This document shows positions 59,791 to 64,000 of a stretch of DNA of 64,000 nt, one piece after another. This stretch comes from Toensbergia leucococca (Eukaryota). The stretch covers positions 1-64,000 of the forward strand of contig JALDZS010000074.1 of NCBI GenBank assembly GCA_022813965.1, in the 5' to 3' direction. The notes beneath the pieces were generated by a model. That model was not told the origin of the DNA, did not search any database, and saw only the letters and a program-made list of their open reading frames with translations. The number at the start of each line of letters is the position of its first letter. The stretch's first letter is position 1. The translations under genes and the position numbers were made by a program.

Positions 59791-62700
59791 TCACTTATCA
59801 GCTGCAAACAAAGCTTGATCCACGACTGTCGACACTGAAGTAGCAAGTCTTGCCAGCGCAGCAAGTGAGGGACTGTCCATAAGTTCCAAGAGCGGCACAT
59901 TGGCACCGACATCGCTAGCCATCCAGTTACGAAGGTCGACCGAGACGAGAGAATCTAATCCATACGCAACAAGGGGCTTGTCCGGCTACACCTCCTCCAC
60001 CGGTGTCATCGACACCTGAGCAATCTTGTGGACAAGAGCATCGCAGACTATGCCACTTGCCTCTGTAATCGACTTCGCCTCTCTCAGCCGCTTCCCTATA
60101 TTCATTGCACCACTCTCCGTAGTGTCTTTAACTGAAGCTGACCGAGCACTATGGAGAATATGACTGAACTCTGGATCGAAGCCCCACCACGGTATCTTGC
60201 GACCCGGAAAATGCTTCAAGCGGGTGATGGTTTGTTGATTGCCGTATTCATTGGAGCCGTTCACGATCGAACCTTTGAGCAAAGCCTACAGCTCACCCTC
60301 ATTGATCGTATCATGTGTAAGAGCCTCATACACAGCCCGCCGAGACGCGTCCGCTTCAGCTATATAACCCACGTCATCAACAACTCCGACATCGATGCTG
60401 GCTGCCGGCAATCCACATGAGGTGCGGTATGCTGCGAAAGCATCGTAGAATGTATTCGACGCCGTATACGCAGCTTGGCCTCGATTACCGACGATACCTG
60501 TCGCCGATGATAGCAAAACGAAGAAGTCCAATGTAGTGAAACAGTGGTGAAGATTCCACGCTCCTTCAACTCTAGGTTTCGTAACATGATCCCAATCGTT
60601 GAATGTTGAACTTCAAACAAAACGTCCTAGTTGTGGCGATTAATTGCAGTTCGCATGTTATGCCGAAAGAGGAACTTACTTGAAGCACCATCGCACCAAG
60701 TATAACTCCTCGCACGGGGGCATATCGCAGTTTGCATTCGCAAGCTGTTGAACTTGCTCTCGATCTGTAATGTCACACTTGGCCATTACGATATTGACCC
60801 CCGATCCAAGACTTTTCAATTCATTGACGAGTTGAAGGGCCGAGTCATTCTTCATGCCACTTCTAGAAGCAAGTATGATATTCTTGGCCCCTTGTTTGAC
60901 CAGCCAGCGCGTGAGTGACCGGCACAGACCTCCGGTATCGCCCGTGATGAGATATGAAGCATTGGGTTGTACCACAGCTTTGCGACTTGGAGCTGGAACT
61001 GCCTAAGCATTGGGTGAGCAACATCTTCTAGGAGCTGGAGCCTTGAGTCTACTGACCTGTACCATATCACTGTCCCTAGCTTCAATTACCACCTTTCCCA
61101 TGTTTTTTCCGGCGTACATCAGTCGCATAGCATCTTGTATCCCAGAAATACTATAGGTGGTGATAGGAGAGACTTCTTTGATCGTCCCCTTCTCATACAT
61201 CCGGAATACGTCTGTCATCAGAGTCCGGAATACCTCCGGTCTCTGGTCCATCACCATACCAACGTCGACGGATGCAAAACTCACGGATTCCGAGAATTTT
61301 GACATCTCAAGGTAGTTGTTCTGTGCCAAGTCATGTTTTCCAATTTCAAAAAAGCGGCCGAAGGCGGCTAGACAGTTCCAGGATACTCGAAGGGCTTCCC
61401 CAACAAGTGTATTGAGGATGACATCTACTCCAGCACCATTCGTAGCTCTATATATCCCGTCCTCAAATGTTGTATCGCGGCTAGAAAAGATGTAATCTTC
61501 TGGTATATTGTATTGCTGCATGACGAGGTCTCGCTTTTCAAGTGATCCGACCGTGACAAATACCTCTGCTCCAGCGTTTTGAGCAAGCATGACCGCGGCT
61601 TGGCCGAAGCCTCCTGCAGCAGAATGAATCAGTATAGACTCGCCTTGACTAAGCTTGAAGACATCATTCAAAGCATATTGAGCTGTCATGAAGACAAGAG
61701 GCAAAGATGCTTCAATTTTAAAGTCAATACCATGAGGCATCTTGAAAATCCGGTAGGATGGTAACCGAACAGTGTTGGCGAAAGCTCCACGAGTTACTTC
61801 ACAGACAGCCTCGCCGATTTTAAGGCCTCTAACTTTACCACCTAATTTGGTGACAAGACCGCTGCACTTGAAGCCTAGCTTGTTGTATGGAAGCTGACTG
61901 AACGCTATCATGACATCCTTAAAATTCATCTTCCCTTCCCATTAGCATGGTCACATAGATAGCATACCCACATGAACTAGAAATTTACTCACACCAGTGG
62001 CCTTTACGCAAATTTCCACCTCATCATCACCACTGCAGTTCAACAGCCCCTCATCATCTTTGAAATGAATGCTATTCAGAATGCCTTGAGTTCTCAATTT
62101 GAGTTTCAAAGAACGCTGCTCTAGAATGAATGGTTGAGATTCAGGCCTGGGACCCCAAAGCTCCGAGGTAATGAATCTGTTCTTTTTGACATCAGGCACA
62201 AAGCGAGGTATTTGAATAATACCTCTTCTTTCACAGAACTTCAAATCGCGGCCAGCCTTGTTTAAGGCAGGCCTAAAGGCATATTTGAAAGTATGATCAA
62301 TAAGCTCGGCTGTTGAGATCTCTGACATTCGTTCCTGTGAGTCTAGATCGAGTGTGCACAGATCAAGACCAGCATTTTCTGACCTGATACTCCTGCTTAA
62401 TCCAAGGGTCATGTTCGCATCGGGGTTGATGTCAGCAGCGCCTCTAGTCACTCAGAGGACTCCTTTGCTGCGGACCAATGTTTGTTGCAACTTGCTGAAA
62501 TGGTACGCCGATAAGTTTCGCAACACTGGTTGGTCTAGTGCAACGACGATCCAGTAAGCACTTTCTTCTGGGTCAGTCTGCTCTAAAAGGGTTATGCAAG
62601 GCTCCGTGATATTGCCTTTACTGAGCAAATTCACCAAGATTTGGGTCCATGTACTCTCACACAACTTGCTAATGGCGATTTTTGGTCGCAGTACCCGGCT

Positions 62701-64000
62701 ACCTAGATCGGAAGTGGCGGTGGATATCATGACACTGCCAATAGTAGGCCCGTCCTGTTACGAGGCAAAACTGTCATCGAGACCGGAGAACCCTGTTCAA
62801 AGGAGCACATCATTCCATTGCTGTTCACTCAGCGTTGGTGAGTCCTCCCTTTCGGGACCATCTGAGACCCACCATCCTAGAAGGAATCAGATTCATGACT
62901 ATGGACAAGTTTCACAGAGTACATGACTTACCTGGAAGAGTCCCGAATAGCGCTGTCGACGTCGGTAATAGATTAGTGATCTCGATGAACAGAACTTTAC
63001 CGCCATCTTTCAAGAGCTTTCGGACGTTTTTCATCGTGTGATCCAAATGGGTAGTACAATGAAGCACGTAAGATGCAACAACAAGGTTGTAAGATCCCAC
63101 GTCGAAGCCTTGTGGTGTGGGGTCCTCTCCAATATCAAGTTTCACATATTCTATGAGCTCGCCCCAACGTTTAAGTCTATCTCTAGCTCTCCCAAAAAAG
63201 CCAGCTGAGATGTCAGTGAACGTGTAGCGGGATAATAGTGGGTGGTCTCCAACATTAAGCGCTTCTAACAGAGGGATGGTGCATGATCCAGTCCCTGCAC
63301 CAATCTCGAGGACCTTCATGTGGGGAACTTGGTGCGAGAAACATTTTCGGATCCACTGGGCGGTTATTGCATAGCTTTGTTGTAGTGGATCGTAACCCTG
63401 ATACCACCTCTCTAGGAGCTGATGATGTAACATTATCGAAAGGGGCTCGATTTCTCGTCGCCAAATATTTGGAAGTTGCTCTCCAATCTTGCAGGCTAGC
63501 CTACCACAATCATCCACGCATCTAATTGAATCAAGAAACAAACTCTTCTCTTCAAGAGTGCTATTCAGCCAAGTGGGCCTTTGAAATGGAAGGTTCCCAT
63601 CTAATCCGCGCGCCAGTAGCTTCTTAAAAACTCTATTAAATACTGCCTCTGATGATGGGGCAGAAGTCTTTGAACCTCGGATTCGGGAACCCTGTTCAGG
63701 GCCTCCTGGAGGTAAGAGAAAGTAGCCCGTTCGATTATTTGGAATTGAGTTGGCTCAAGGCTCGCTTCGCTGACGCTTGGCAGTATCTCCTGATATTGAG
63801 ACAGGCTAAGAAGGTCAAGACAGGCTTCCCATTGCGTCCGCTCGCAAAGGTCTCTGCTCGACGCGTCGTCATTTACATTCTGGCCTGGAAGAACAGAAGC
63901 TATCATGCTATTTATTTCAATGACGGGGGTTTTCCGGTCGCGAGAATTATCGAACACTACGATGGAAGAGCCTGTATCTTTGCCCTTCACTATGGTAGAT
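59791..64000 (-). pseudogene. 3' part of a highly reducing PKS (cMT-ER-KR-ACP), disabled; continues beyond the window
   Basis: cMT VLEIGAGTGS, ER ILIHSAAGGFGQAA, KR YLITGDTGGLCRSL and GNRGQAAYTASN, ACP YGLDSLVSVDLRNW. In-frame stops at 59986, 60286 and 62452, plus frameshifts. Confidence 0.9.

Noticed and set aside
23418..64000. One large biosynthetic cluster joining DUF3328, P450, tyrosinase and PKS
   Set aside because: The genes are separated by housekeeping genes over 40 kb and the PKS is dead; nothing in the sequence supports linkage.
1..64000. Starship captain recombinase, autonomous transposase, tRNA or rRNA genes
   Set aside because: None recognised by eye; a small tRNA cannot be excluded without tRNAscan-SE.

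Overview
Filamentous ascomycete (Pezizomycotina) genomic DNA with short spliceosomal introns; gene models were spliced by hand from GT/GC..AG sites and branch points. About 1-30 kb is an accessory region mixing intact interaction-type genes with many decayed ones. The intact genes are a PTH11-like receptor, a hydrolase-NB-ARC-TPR NLR, two secreted proteins, a DUF3328/UstYa oxidase and a P450. About 32-59 kb is mostly conserved genes (PheRS alpha, EDEM-like GH47, GH76, Y14/RBM8A, BuGZ-like zinc finger, a tyrosinase-like gene), and the window ends in a disabled highly reducing PKS. The best candidate for an undescribed system is the intact six-exon DUF3328 gene lying divergent from a 3-exon, 77-aa secreted peptide gene that the ORF track misses; it has KR/RR sites, a CCCC motif and no core repeats, so it may be a non-canonical fungal RiPP pair. 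Also found: an intronic box C/D snoRNA predicted to target 18S rRNA, and a family of GGG-terminated non-autonomous TIR elements with 8-bp target-site duplications. No database searches were run; family calls rest on recognised motifs.
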